A stretch of 37,833 nucleotides of DNA from an uncultured Dehalococcoidia bacterium. GTDB lineage: Bacteria; Chloroflexota; Dehalococcoidia; Lucifugimonadales; Australimonadaceae. Every line of letters begins with the position of its first letter. Position 1 is the stretch's first letter. The notes beneath the pieces were generated by a model. It ran no database searches, was not told the origin of the DNA, and worked only from the letters and a program-made list of their open reading frames with translations. Shown in pieces: positions 10,388 to 18,547 of the stretch. The position numbers and the translations under genes are program-made. The stretch lies in NCBI GenBank assembly GCA_964596665.1, contig CAZQVD010000003.1, positions 2,162 to 39,994 of the forward strand. Direction: 5' to 3'.

Positions 10388-11170
10388 CTACCGCTTTCGG
10401 GCGAGCCACACCATGTCGTCGCTGTGTTCGGTGATCGGGCCGCCTTCGAAGTCGCCGTAGAGCGCCTCCACGACGAAGCCGCAGAGATCAAGCAGGTGCT
10501 GCATCTCGTACCGGAAGGTGTAACGCAGGTCGAAATCGCGGTAGAGGCGCTGGGTGACGGCACCCGCCGGGCTCACGTCCTCGATGATGAGCCGGGCGCT
10601 GTTGATCTGGTCGACGCCGTCCCAGAGGTTCTGTCCCCACACCACGATGCGGCCACCATCGGGCTGCTCGACGTCTCGCACGTGGAAGGCGACCGCCTCG
10701 TCGCGCGCGTTGCCGAGCTGCTCAATGTCTGGGGCGAAGACGTCGAGTGCTAGCATGCCGCCTTGGGCCAGATGCGCGGAGGCGTTGGTGAGCGCCCGCT
10801 TCTGATCCTCGACGGTGAGCATGGACTGGAACGACCGGAACGGGAATAGCACGAGCGAGAACGGCCCCGCTGGCTGCACGTCCAGCATGTCGCCGGCCTG
10901 AAAGCTAGCCTTCGTGGAGAGGCCCGCGTCCATGGCCTTGCGGTCCGCCTCCTCGACCATGCGAGGGGAGATGTCGACGCCGACCGTCTGGATACCGGCC
11001 TTCGCTATCGCCAGCGACACGCGGCCCGTGCCGCACCCCATCTCCAGGACGGGACCGCCGCTCGCGGTGGCCTGCTGCACGTAGAAGGGCAGATCGTAGT
11101 CCAGGTACGCGTAGACACGGTCGTAGATATCGGCCCAGTCGTCGTAGGGTTGCTCGTTTACGCTTGACAT
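10388..11170 (-). CDS. class I SAM-dependent methyltransferase
   Basis: SAM-binding motif I (VLEMGCGTGRVSLAIA), followed by VGVDISPRM and an acidic post-I loop. 260 aa. Confidence 0.85.
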   Translation of the reverse strand: MSSVNEQPYDDWADIYDRVYAYLDYDLPFYVQQATASGGPVLEMGCGTGRVSLAIAKAGIQTVGVDISPRMVEEADRKAMDAGLSTKASFQAGDMLDVQPAGPFSLVLFPFRSFQSMLTVEDQKRALTNASAHLAQGGMLALDVFAPDIEQLGNARDEAVAFHVRDVEQPDGGRIVVWGQNLWDGVDQINSARLIIEDVSPAGAVTQRLYRDFDLRYTFRYEMQHLLDLCGFVVEALYGDFEGGPITEHSDDMVWLARKR

Positions 11171-11172
11171 GC

Positions 11173-11769
11173 CTAGTGCCCCATACGCTGGAGCGCCCGC
11201 CGCACGCGCTCATCGCTGGTGAGGCCGTCGTCGGGCTCGGAGGAGAGCGCCTGGCGCGCCTCGAGCGCCGAAAAGCCCAGGCTCACGAGGGCAGCCAGCG
11301 CGGGGTCGGACGCCGAGGTGGCAGGCCCTCCGGCGGGGGCCATCACGAGCCCGCCCATCTCCTCCTCTAGCTTGCTCTGAAGGTCGACGATGATCCGCTC
11401 GGCGGTGCGCTTGCCAACGTTGTGGGCGCGACTGAGGGCTGTGCTGTCGCCGGCGACGATGGCGCTCGCGAGGTCCTGCGGCGAGAGGACCGACAGTACG
11501 GAGAGCGCTGCCTTGGGGCCCACGCCGCTTACCCCGAGGAGCGACTCGAAGAGTCTGCGGCCCCACTCGCTGGCGAAGCCGTAGAGCTGGAGGTCGTCTT
11601 CGCGGACGATGAGATGTGTGAGGAGCCGGACCGTCTCGCCGGCCGGAAGGTCCGCGAGGTCGTGGCCGGGCATGTACACGCGGAGCGTGACGCCACCACC
11701 CACGCGCACCAGCACGGCATCGGCTTGCTTGGATTCAACGATACCCTCGATGGCGGCGAGCAGGCTCAT
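11173..11769 (-). CDS. ruvA: Holliday junction DNA helicase subunit RuvA
   Basis: MSLLAAIEGIVESKQADAVLVRVGGGVTLRVYMP... followed by HhH motifs (LLGVSGVGPKAALSVLS, NVGKRTAERII). ATG 11769 overlaps the ruvC stop as ATGA. Confidence 0.9.
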   Translation of the reverse strand: MSLLAAIEGIVESKQADAVLVRVGGGVTLRVYMPGHDLADLPAGETVRLLTHLIVREDDLQLYGFASEWGRRLFESLLGVSGVGPKAALSVLSVLSPQDLASAIVAGDSTALSRAHNVGKRTAERIIVDLQSKLEEEMGGLVMAPAGGPATSASDPALAALVSLGFSALEARQALSSEPDDGLTSDERVRRALQRMGH

Positions 11770-12266
11770 AGGGGGCGGACCCGCTCGGCGGCCCGGCTGT
11801 GCTGGAGGTGGCACAGAGCGACAGCCAGCGCGTCGGAGGCGTCCTCGGACATGCGGTCATCGCCGAGCTTGAGCAGGACCTGGACGGTGCGCTGGACCTG
11901 CGCCTTGCTGCCGGCGCCGTAGTTGGCCACGGAGCTCTTGACTTGCGATGGGCTGTATCGGTGGACCGAGAGACCGCCTGCTGCCGCCAGCAGCAGGGCA
12001 ACGGCCTGCGCCTGTCCAACAGCAACGGCGGACTTTGCGCCGCGCGCGGGCGCCACGAACGGCTCCTCGATGGCGAGCTGGTCTGGGCGCCAGCGCTCAA
12101 CCACGTCGGCGAGCGCCTGATGAAGCGAGAAGAGGCGTTGGTGGATTTCGCGGCTGGGCCCGCCTTCGAGCGTACCCCAGGCCACGCAGGAGGTGCGGTC
12201 GCCCTCGGCGTCAAGCACGCCGTAGCCGAGGTGATGGGTGCCGGGGTCCACTCCTAGGATGCGCAT
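11766..12266 (-). CDS. ruvC: crossover junction endodeoxyribonuclease RuvC
   Basis: MRILGVDPGTHHLGYGVLD... is the canonical RuvC N-terminus. The conserved C-terminal DASDALAVALCH is present. The longer ORF-track start at 12476 would overlap yebC. Confidence 0.9.
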   Translation of the reverse strand: MRILGVDPGTHHLGYGVLDAEGDRTSCVAWGTLEGGPSREIHQRLFSLHQALADVVERWRPDQLAIEEPFVAPARGAKSAVAVGQAQAVALLLAAAGGLSVHRYSPSQVKSSVANYGAGSKAQVQRTVQVLLKLGDDRMSEDASDALAVALCHLQHSRAAERVRPL

Positions 12267-12291
12267 GTCGCGGCTATTGTAGCCACGGGGG

Positions 12292-13053
12292 CTACTCGTT
12301 GCCGTACTTCTCAAGCGCCTCTTCGGTGAAGTCGGCGTTCGTGTACACCTGCTGGACGTCGTCGAGCTCTTCGATGCGGTCGAGGAGCCGCAGCGTCTGA
12401 CCCGCGGTCGAGTTGTCGAGCACCTGCTGCGTCTTGGGCACCATGGAGACGGTCGCCTGAGCGGCCTCCTTGCCAAGGTCCTTTACGATCTGCGTCATCG
12501 GCTGCAGCGAGGTGGGTTCGCCGGTGATCTCCAACGTGCCGCCCTCGACCTTGAAGTCGTCGGCGCCCGCGTCGATGGCAGCCAGCGCGATCTCCTCGGC
12601 CTCCTCCTCGCCGATCTCCTCCAGCGTGATGATGGCCTTGCTCTCGAAGATCCACGCGACGGAGCCGGATTCGCCGAGGTTTCCGCCGCCCCGGGAAAAC
12701 GCAGCGCGAATCTCGGACGCGGAGCGATTGCGGTTGTCGGTGAGCACCTTGAGCATGATGGCGGCGCCGCCGGGCCCGTACCCCTCGTAGATGATCTCCT
12801 CGTAGGTGACGCCGTCGTTGCCGGTGCCCAGGCCCTTTTTGATGGCGCGATCCACGTTGTCCGCGGGCATGTTCGCCGCCCTCGCCTTGTCCATGGTGAG
12901 GCGTAGGCGGAAGTTCATCGCGGGGTCGCCGCTGCCGCCCTCGCGGGCCGCTATGGTGATCTCACGGGCGAGCTTGGTGAAGGCGACGCCCTTCTTGGCA
13001 TCGATCGCCGCCTTCTTGTGCTTGATCGTCGACCATTTCGAGTGACCTGACAT
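12292..13053 (-). CDS. yebC: YebC/PmpR-family DNA-binding transcriptional regulator
   Basis: MSGHSKWSTIKHKKAAIDAKKG... is the invariant N-terminus. 253 aa. It sits upstream of ruvC, the conserved arrangement. Confidence 0.92.
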   Translation of the reverse strand: MSGHSKWSTIKHKKAAIDAKKGVAFTKLAREITIAAREGGSGDPAMNFRLRLTMDKARAANMPADNVDRAIKKGLGTGNDGVTYEEIIYEGYGPGGAAIMLKVLTDNRNRSASEIRAAFSRGGGNLGESGSVAWIFESKAIITLEEIGEEEAEEIALAAIDAGADDFKVEGGTLEITGEPTSLQPMTQIVKDLGKEAAQATVSMVPKTQQVLDNSTAGQTLRLLDRIEELDDVQQVYTNADFTEEALEKYGNE

Positions 13054-13134
13054 GGACTGCTCCGTTCGCCGGCAGTATCTCTTCGGTGTTGGTGATTGCC
13101 GTGCGCTCCACTATAGCAAAGCGGGAAATGGGGC

Positions 13135-13767
13135 CTAGGACGTCTGGCGCGGCTTCTTCCAGGGCCTTCCGCGCCGCCGGGGGGGCCGTTTGGGCTCGTC
13201 CTTGCTCTTTAGCGGGCGTGGCTCGATGCCCTCGGGCACGGCGACGGTCATGCGGCCGCCGGCCACGTCCACAGCGAGCACCACGTCGCCCAGCGCTGGC
13301 ACGAGGAGCTCGCTGTGGACGGAGGTGACCACAAATACATCATTGGCGCCCGTCGAGATGATCTCGGAGATGACGCCAAGCTCAGTTCCCTCTTCGTTCA
13401 CGACGGCCATGTCGATGAGCTGGTAATGGTAGTAGGTGTCGGCCGCTGGCGCGGGGATGCTCGCGGCCGACACGACGATAGGCTCATGGATCAGGGCGGC
13501 TGCCTCTTCGCGCGCATCGAGTCCCTTGAGCTTCAGCAGTAGGCCAAGGGGGGTCTTCGAGGTGCGGACGACGGTATAGGTCATGCCGGCTACTTCCAGC
13601 GAGGCGCCGACACGAAACCGGGCAGGATTGTCGGTTTCGGTCTGGACGCGCAGGCGGCCGTCGTTCCCATGAACGCCGACCACCGTGCCTACTTGAACGT
13701 GCGCATCGTCGACCGCAGCGGGAGCACCGCTCGATGGATCGGGCTGGAGGATGGGCTGGTCTGTCAA
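13135..13767 (-). CDS. rimM: 16S rRNA processing protein RimM
   Basis: VGTVVGVHGNDGRLRV...NPARF and a PRC-barrel C-domain (ELLVPALGDVVLAVDV). It lies downstream of rpsP and the KH gene. It ends in an extra basic tail. Confidence 0.85.
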   Translation of the reverse strand: MTDQPILQPDPSSGAPAAVDDAHVQVGTVVGVHGNDGRLRVQTETDNPARFRVGASLEVAGMTYTVVRTSKTPLGLLLKLKGLDAREEAAALIHEPIVVSAASIPAPAADTYYHYQLIDMAVVNEEGTELGVISEIISTGANDVFVVTSVHSELLVPALGDVVLAVDVAGGRMTVAVPEGIEPRPLKSKDEPKRPPRRRGRPWKKPRQTS

Positions 13768-13788
13768 CGGTGCTGGCGCGGTTGCCGC

Positions 13789-14019
13789 TCAGACAATCTC
13801 GAAGATGACGCGGGCGTCGTCCTTGATGGCTGCGACGCGAAGGAGGACGCGCATGGCTTGGGCGACGCGGCCCTGGCGGCCAATCACTTTTCCTTTGTCG
13901 TCGGGGTGCACCTCAAGCTGAACGACGATGACGCCGTCGTCCTGAACTTCCTCGGTGACCTTTACTTCATCGGGGTAGGTGGCGATGGTTCTGGCGATGT
14001 ACTCGACCAGTTCCTTCAT
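13789..14019 (-). CDS. KH-domain RNA-binding protein (UPF0109/YlqC family)
   Basis: 76 aa (MKELVEYIARTIATYPDEVKV...DKGKVIGRQGRVAQAMRVLL) with the GxxG KH motif. Its ATG overlaps the rpsP TGA by 1 nt (TGATG). Confidence 0.8.
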   Translation of the reverse strand: MKELVEYIARTIATYPDEVKVTEEVQDDGVIVVQLEVHPDDKGKVIGRQGRVAQAMRVLLRVAAIKDDARVIFEIV

Positions 14020-14273
14020 CAGGCGCCGGCCTTCTCCAACACGCCCTGCCGCTGAAGGATGCGCACCACCGTGTCCGATGGCTTCGCGCCGACCTTGATC
14101 CAGTGCTTGATTTTTTCGGGGTCGAGGACAACGGTCGGCGGGTCGGTGAGGGGGTTGTAATGCCCGACCTGCTCCACGATGGCGCCATCGCGAGGCGCAC
14201 GCACGTCCGCTACTACGATGCGGTAGCTGGGTTGTTTCTTCTTGCCGACGCGGCGTAGACGGATTCGTAGCAT
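14019..14273 (-). CDS. rpsP: 30S ribosomal protein S16
   Basis: MLRIRLRRVGKKKQPSYRIVVADVRAPRDG...HYNP is the canonical S16 sequence. 84 aa. Confidence 0.93.
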   Translation of the reverse strand: MLRIRLRRVGKKKQPSYRIVVADVRAPRDGAIVEQVGHYNPLTDPPTVVLDPEKIKHWIKVGAKPSDTVVRILQRQGVLEKAGA

Positions 14274-14312
14274 GCGGGCGAGGGTGCCTCCAACGGCGGT
14301 GGTTCACCGAGG

Positions 14313-14343
14313 ATTCTAGCACAGGCGTCCAGCAGACCGCCAA
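14313..14343 (-). promoter_or_regulatory. extended -10 promoter candidate for rpsP-KH-rimM
   Basis: The minus strand reads TGcTAGAAT (14321-14313), with TTGGCG 19 nt upstream (14343-14338). It lies ~40 nt upstream of the rpsP ATG. Confidence 0.4.
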
Positions 14344-14373
14344 GCTGTTGCCGGGGTCGTGCGCGCGCCGCGC

Positions 14374-15099
14374 TCAGCGGCCCGCGCTGAGACGCGAGAT
14401 CAGCGGCTCCGGCAGCCCATGGCCCGCCATGGCGCGCTGGGTCGCGGCGATGTCGTACCAGGCGCGCCTCAGGTGCACCGTGCGCGCTTCGTCGTCGTAG
14501 ATCGCGAAGGCGGCTCGCGGGTCGCGGTCGCGCGGCTGGCCGACGCTGCCGGGGTTGATCAGCAGGCGAGCGATCCCCAACGGAGCGATCAGCCCATCCG
14601 GTCCCGGCTGCTCGAGGCCCCGTCCTGCTTCGCAGGAGAACTGGAAGTGCGAGTGCCCCACGAGCACGTCCGAGGTGTCCACGCGCTCCCACGCTTCGAT
14701 GGCCTGGGGATAGCCGAAGATGTACTCCCAGATCGGATCCCTTGGCGAGCCGTGCACGAGGGTGAATTGGTCCTCGATGCGCTGCAGCGGGAGGTCCTCC
14801 AAATATCCCCTGGCCGCGTCGGTGAGCTGCTCGCTGGTCCACCGGTTGGCCTCGGCGGCGATGGGGTTGAAGTCGCTGGTGCCGATCCGGCCCACGGATG
14901 CCGCGTCGTGATTGCCGCAGATGCCGATCACCTCCCGCTCCCACAGCCGCTCGAGGCACTCCATGGGCGCCGGCCCGTACCCGACGAAATCACCCAGGCA
15001 CCAGAGGCCGTCCAGGGGGCCGTCCTCCTCGGCCGCCTCGATAACGGCATCGAGGGCGACGATGTTGGAGTGGATATCGCTGACGATGAGGGTGCGCAC
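14374..15099 (-). CDS. metallophosphoesterase family protein (YfcE/MJ0936-like)
   Basis: MRTLIVSDIHSN..., GDFVGYGP, GNHD and GHSH are the calcineurin-like phosphoesterase motifs, in the expected order. The start is GTG at 15099. Confidence 0.82.
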   Translation of the reverse strand: MRTLIVSDIHSNIVALDAVIEAAEEDGPLDGLWCLGDFVGYGPAPMECLERLWEREVIGICGNHDAASVGRIGTSDFNPIAAEANRWTSEQLTDAARGYLEDLPLQRIEDQFTLVHGSPRDPIWEYIFGYPQAIEAWERVDTSDVLVGHSHFQFSCEAGRGLEQPGPDGLIAPLGIARLLINPGSVGQPRDRDPRAAFAIYDDEARTVHLRRAWYDIAATQRAMAGHGLPEPLISRLSAGR

Positions 15100-15105
15100 G
15101 CGCTT

Positions 15106-15114
15106 ATTATCCCA
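15106..15114 (-). promoter_or_regulatory. extended -10 element (TGgGATAAT) 6 nt upstream of the metallophosphoesterase GTG
   Basis: The minus strand reads TGGGATAAT, then aagcgc, then GTG. No SD can fit in that space, which implies a leaderless or near-leaderless transcript if the element is functional. Confidence 0.35.
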
Positions 15115-15207
15115 CGTGAACTGCCTGCGTGGATGCCACCCGGCGCAACGCCGTCGGCCGTCGGCGTTCGTGGTAGCCTGCGCTCGCGGAGCTTTGGGAG
15201 GTGTGCT

Positions 15208-16605
15208 TTGAGCCAGTCGCCGGACATAGCCGTGATCTGGTCCGACTACGCGTCGAGCATCGCTTACGACGATCTGCCGGAGCCGGTCACGCGGGTGCTG
15301 AAGTGGCTAATGCTGGATACGCTTGCGGCCACGCTTGCGGCGAACACGCTGGGCGTGGGCATCCAGGAGATGCTGGCGCTGGCCCGCGCGAACGGCGGGA
15401 CACCGGAGTCATCGCTTCTGGGCTTCGCGGATCGCCTGCCGGCGGTGACCGCGGCGATGATGAACGGCGGCATGGCCCATGCGTTGAACTTCGACGATAC
15501 CACGGCGGTCGGCTCCGGCCACCTAGGCCCGGTGACGCTGCCATCAGCGTTCGCGGCGGCCGAGGTGAGGGGCGGTGCCAGCGGCAAGGAGCTGCTGGCG
15601 TCCACCGCAGCGGGCGCTGAGCTGATGGCGCGGATCGGGCTGGCGCTGACCAGGGTGGATCAGCCGTACACCGAGTCGAAGCCGCAGCCGACGCAGATGC
15701 CCGGCTATTTCGCTTCCGCGGTGAGCGCGGGCCGCATGTTCGAGTTCACGTCGCGTCAGATGCAGAGTGCGCTGGGCCTGGCGTTCATGCAGGCGGCGGG
15801 CGGTAGGCAGCCGGTGCTGGAGGGGCGCCCCGCGAAGGCGGTCTACGCCGCGTTCAGCAACCAGGGCGGCATGCAGAGCGCCATGTTGGTGCGCGAGGGC
15901 TTGGAGGCCGACTGCGCGGTGTTCGAGGGCGACGCGGGCTACTTCCCGACTTACTACGGCGGCCGATTCGACCGTCCCACGCTGACGGAGGGTCTCGGCG
16001 AGCATTTCGCCCTGACCAACGTGGGGTTCAAGCCGTGGCCGACCACCGGGGTTGCGCATGTATTCATCGAGGCAGGTATCAACCTCGCCACGCAGCACGA
16101 CCTGCCGCCTGGCGCTATTACGGGCGCGCACATCAGCGGCGAGCCGCACATCCGAACGTTCTGCGAGCCGCCCGACACCCGCCGCCGCCCGCAGGCGCCG
16201 GTGGAGGCCGAAGACAGTGTCATCTTCGCCGTGGCGAAGGCTCTGGTGCACCGCAACGTGTCGCTCGCCGACCTCCAGCCGACACCCGAGGGGTTGTTCG
16301 ATCAGGAGGCGCTGCGCATCGCCGGCCTCGTTGAGTATGAGGTGGACGAGTCGCTTGGCAAGTCAGGTGTCGTAACCATCACTCTGGGCTCGGGTGAGCG
16401 GCTGACGGAGCGAGTCGACCAAGCTCGCGGACATCGCGACAAGCCGCTGTCCGACGCGCAGCGGAGGCAGAAGTTCGTGGATTGCGCGGCGCACGCCGGA
16501 AGTGCCCTCTCGGTCTCGACGATCGACGAGGTGATGACGATGGTGGACCACCTGGAGGACGTACCCGACGTACGGGTGTTTGCCGATCTTCTGCGCGGCG
16601 GGTAA
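15208..16605 (+). CDS. MmgE/PrpD-family protein (2-methylcitrate dehydratase-like fold; substrate unknown)
   Basis: SQSPDIAVIWSDYASSIAYDDLPEPV...LDTLAATLAA...NGGMAHALNFDD is typical of MmgE/PrpD. TTG 15208 is preceded by GGGAGG (15196-15201) with a 6-nt spacer. The upstream 283 codons of the 748-aa ORF are antisense to the phosphoesterase gene. Confidence 0.85.
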   Translation: MSQSPDIAVIWSDYASSIAYDDLPEPVTRVLKWLMLDTLAATLAANTLGVGIQEMLALARANGGTPESSLLGFADRLPAVTAAMMNGGMAHALNFDDTTAVGSGHLGPVTLPSAFAAAEVRGGASGKELLASTAAGAELMARIGLALTRVDQPYTESKPQPTQMPGYFASAVSAGRMFEFTSRQMQSALGLAFMQAAGGRQPVLEGRPAKAVYAAFSNQGGMQSAMLVREGLEADCAVFEGDAGYFPTYYGGRFDRPTLTEGLGEHFALTNVGFKPWPTTGVAHVFIEAGINLATQHDLPPGAITGAHISGEPHIRTFCEPPDTRRRPQAPVEAEDSVIFAVAKALVHRNVSLADLQPTPEGLFDQEALRIAGLVEYEVDESLGKSGVVTITLGSGERLTERVDQARGHRDKPLSDAQRRQKFVDCAAHAGSALSVSTIDEVMTMVDHLEDVPDVRVFADLLRGG

Positions 16606-16633
16606 CGGCCTGCGGGAGCGCTACTTCGCGTCG

Positions 16634-16662
16634 TTGACAGCCAATAGCGCGCCACCTACCAT
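16634..16662 (+). promoter_or_regulatory. promoter candidate upstream of Rieske oxygenase 1
   Basis: TTGACA (16634-16639), a 17-nt spacer, then TACCAT (16657-16662). A strong SD, GGAGG (16723-16727), lies 5 nt before ATG 16733. Confidence 0.4.
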
Positions 16663-16732
16663 CGACTGACTCGTTCTGCGACGATCTTAGCGCGCACCGC
16701 GCACGAGCACAGGCGGTCCCCCGGAGGTACGC

Positions 16733-18007
16733 ATGCTGTCAGTGAAGGACAACGAAACGATCACTAGGGTGGGTCCGGGTACGCCGATGGGCGACCTGAT
16801 GCGCCGCTACTGGCAGCCGCTGCTGCTCTCGCGTGAGGTGGCGGAGCCTGACGGCAATCCCATCCGTGTGAGGATCCTCGGCGAGGACCTGGTGGCATTC
16901 CGCGACACCTCCGGCCGGGTGGGATTGCTCTCCGAGTGGTGCCCCCATCGCTTGACCTCCTTGTTCCTGGGCCGCAACGAAGAGAACGGCCTCCGCTGCG
17001 TCTACCACGGCTGGAAGTTTGACGTCACCGGTGCCTGCGTGGACATGCCGAACGAGGTTGAGCAGTACGATTTCAAGCACAAGGTCAAGATGGTTGCCTA
17101 TCCCACCGTCGAGCTCGGTGGCGTGATCTGGACCTACATGGGGCCGGCGGAGCACCTTCCGCCCGAGCCGAAGTTCGAGTTCACCCAGCAGCCGGCCACG
17201 CACCGCAACGCGTCCAAGGTGATCGAGCAGTGCAACTGGTTGCAGGCGCTTGAGGGCGGCATCGACTCGGTACACTCCTCATTCCTGCATCGCAAGTTTG
17301 GCAAGGGTGAGGGGATGGGCCTGGGCGGATTGCGCGCCAAGGGAATCGCCAGCAAGCTCGAGGTGGAGCCCACCGACTACGGCTACCGCTATGGCTCCAT
17401 ACGTCCGCTGCCGGGTGAGGGGCAGAACTACGTGCGGGCCTACCACTGGGTTATGCCGCACGTGCAGATCAGGGCCTCGCAGCTCTGGCCCGACGGCTCC
17501 TGGTACAAGTTCAAGATATCGGGCCATCACTGGGTGCCGATCGACGATACGCACACCATGACCTGGAACTGGTTCTACACGCTGGATGAGCCACTGGATG
17601 AGGACGAGGCCCTTGAGAAGACCAACGGCAACGGCCCGGACTACGTGGATCAGCAAACGTTCCTCAGCATTGCCAACCGGCAGAACGACTGGACGATCGA
17701 CCGGACGCGGCAGCGGACGGACACCTTCACGGGCATCCAGGGCATCAACGTCCAGGATCGCGCGGTGCAAGAGGCTATGGGCCCCGTGGTGGACCGCAGC
17801 AAGGAGCACCTCGGCCAGACGGACCGCGCCGTGATCATGACCCGCAAGCTGCTTTTGCAGGCGATCCGAACGGTGCAGGACGGTGGCTCGCCGCCGGGCA
17901 CGGGTGATTCCTACTACGGGATACGCGCCATCGAGCAGGTTCTGCCGGACGACGTGGCCTGGCAGGAAGCGCTGCACGAGAAGATGCACGCGGCCGTCGG
18001 CGCCTAG
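16733..18007 (+). CDS. Rieske [2Fe-2S] non-haem-iron oxygenase, phthalate-dioxygenase-like (alpha-only type)
   Basis: Rieske motif CPHRLTSLFLGRNEENGLRCVYHGWKF (CxH...CxxH). The N-terminal TRVGPGTPMGDLMRRYWQP and the ~420 aa length are typical of class IA oxygenase components. Confidence 0.85.
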   Translation: MLSVKDNETITRVGPGTPMGDLMRRYWQPLLLSREVAEPDGNPIRVRILGEDLVAFRDTSGRVGLLSEWCPHRLTSLFLGRNEENGLRCVYHGWKFDVTGACVDMPNEVEQYDFKHKVKMVAYPTVELGGVIWTYMGPAEHLPPEPKFEFTQQPATHRNASKVIEQCNWLQALEGGIDSVHSSFLHRKFGKGEGMGLGGLRAKGIASKLEVEPTDYGYRYGSIRPLPGEGQNYVRAYHWVMPHVQIRASQLWPDGSWYKFKISGHHWVPIDDTHTMTWNWFYTLDEPLDEDEALEKTNGNGPDYVDQQTFLSIANRQNDWTIDRTRQRTDTFTGIQGINVQDRAVQEAMGPVVDRSKEHLGQTDRAVIMTRKLLLQAIRTVQDGGSPPGTGDSYYGIRAIEQVLPDDVAWQEALHEKMHAAVGA

Positions 18008-18025
18008 CACATCGACCCTCGACGA

Positions 18026-18060
18026 ACGGACGGAGCCGCCCTCAGGGCGGCTCCGTCCGT
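18026..18060 (+). terminator. strong stem-loop downstream of Rieske oxygenase 1
   Basis: A perfect 16-bp stem: acggacggagccgccc (18026-18041) pairs with gggcggctccgtccgt (18045-18060), with a 3-nt loop. It begins 19 nt after the stop. The U-tract (cattttgtt) is displaced by ~10 nt. Confidence 0.65.
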
Positions 18061-18509
18061 ATCACCCCTGCATTTTGTTACCAAGGGTTGCGCCGGCGGA
18101 ATCGTTTCGTAACACGCGACAGCTAACCTGTTGGCAGAGCGAGACGCAAGTACGGAACGGGCACTCCACCGAACGATTGGACCGATGGAGTTGTTTGATT
18201 GTGCGGCGCCCGCTATGCCGGGCTGGGAATCACGGGCTGTGAAAGAGGGCAGGGATTTCCAGCCCTCTTCGTTCGTTCGGGCGCCCTGATAAATGCCCGA
18301 CTCTCCGTGGAACGAGAACCAGCCATGCCAGAACGACGTGACCGCCGGGCTCCGTGGGCGGCCGGCGCTTCGCTGGGCGGCGTGCCGCTGCTGCATGCGA
18401 CGACGAGCGCGCCAATGAAGGCGAGCGTGAGCGCATGAGTGGGAGTGGGTTTTCGCATCGCGTGGGATTCTACGTTGGAGGGTGGCTCCGGATGTCCGAG
18501 GGGGTTCGC

Positions 18510-18539
18510 TGGACAGGTTGCGAGCACCGTCACGATAAT
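18510..18539 (+). promoter_or_regulatory. promoter candidate directly abutting the thiL start
   Basis: TGGACA (18510-18515), an 18-nt spacer, then GATAAT (18534-18539). Only 8 nt separate it from ATG 18548, and there is no SD. Confidence 0.35.
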
Positions 18540-18547
18540 GGCTGCAC

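Noticed and set aside
13135-13220. Arg/Lys/Pro-rich C-terminal tails on RimM (…KRPPRRRGRPWKKPRQTS) and UvrB (…[11 protein letters not shown]), considered as signs of missed frameshifts.
   Set aside because: The conserved domains are complete before the tails, and no alternative frame gives a better continuation. They are most simply short basic extensions, common in high-GC genomes.
14359-15207. The N-terminal 283 codons of the 748-aa plus-strand ORF, which would make a giant PrpD fusion.
   Set aside because: This part is antisense to the well-supported metallophosphoesterase gene and has no family similarity. The PrpD-like sequence begins at TTG 15208, which has a GGGAGG SD.
18220-18330. 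A possible TPP (THI-box) riboswitch upstream of thiL. The region contains gctgtgaaag and cctgataaatgcc, which resemble CUGAGA and CCUGAUC..AUAAUGCC.
   Set aside because: The CUGAGA-like element lies before the hairpin rather than after it. The P4/P5 region is too short and the GGGGUGC and UAGGGA elements are absent. thiL is also not a typical TPP-riboswitch target.
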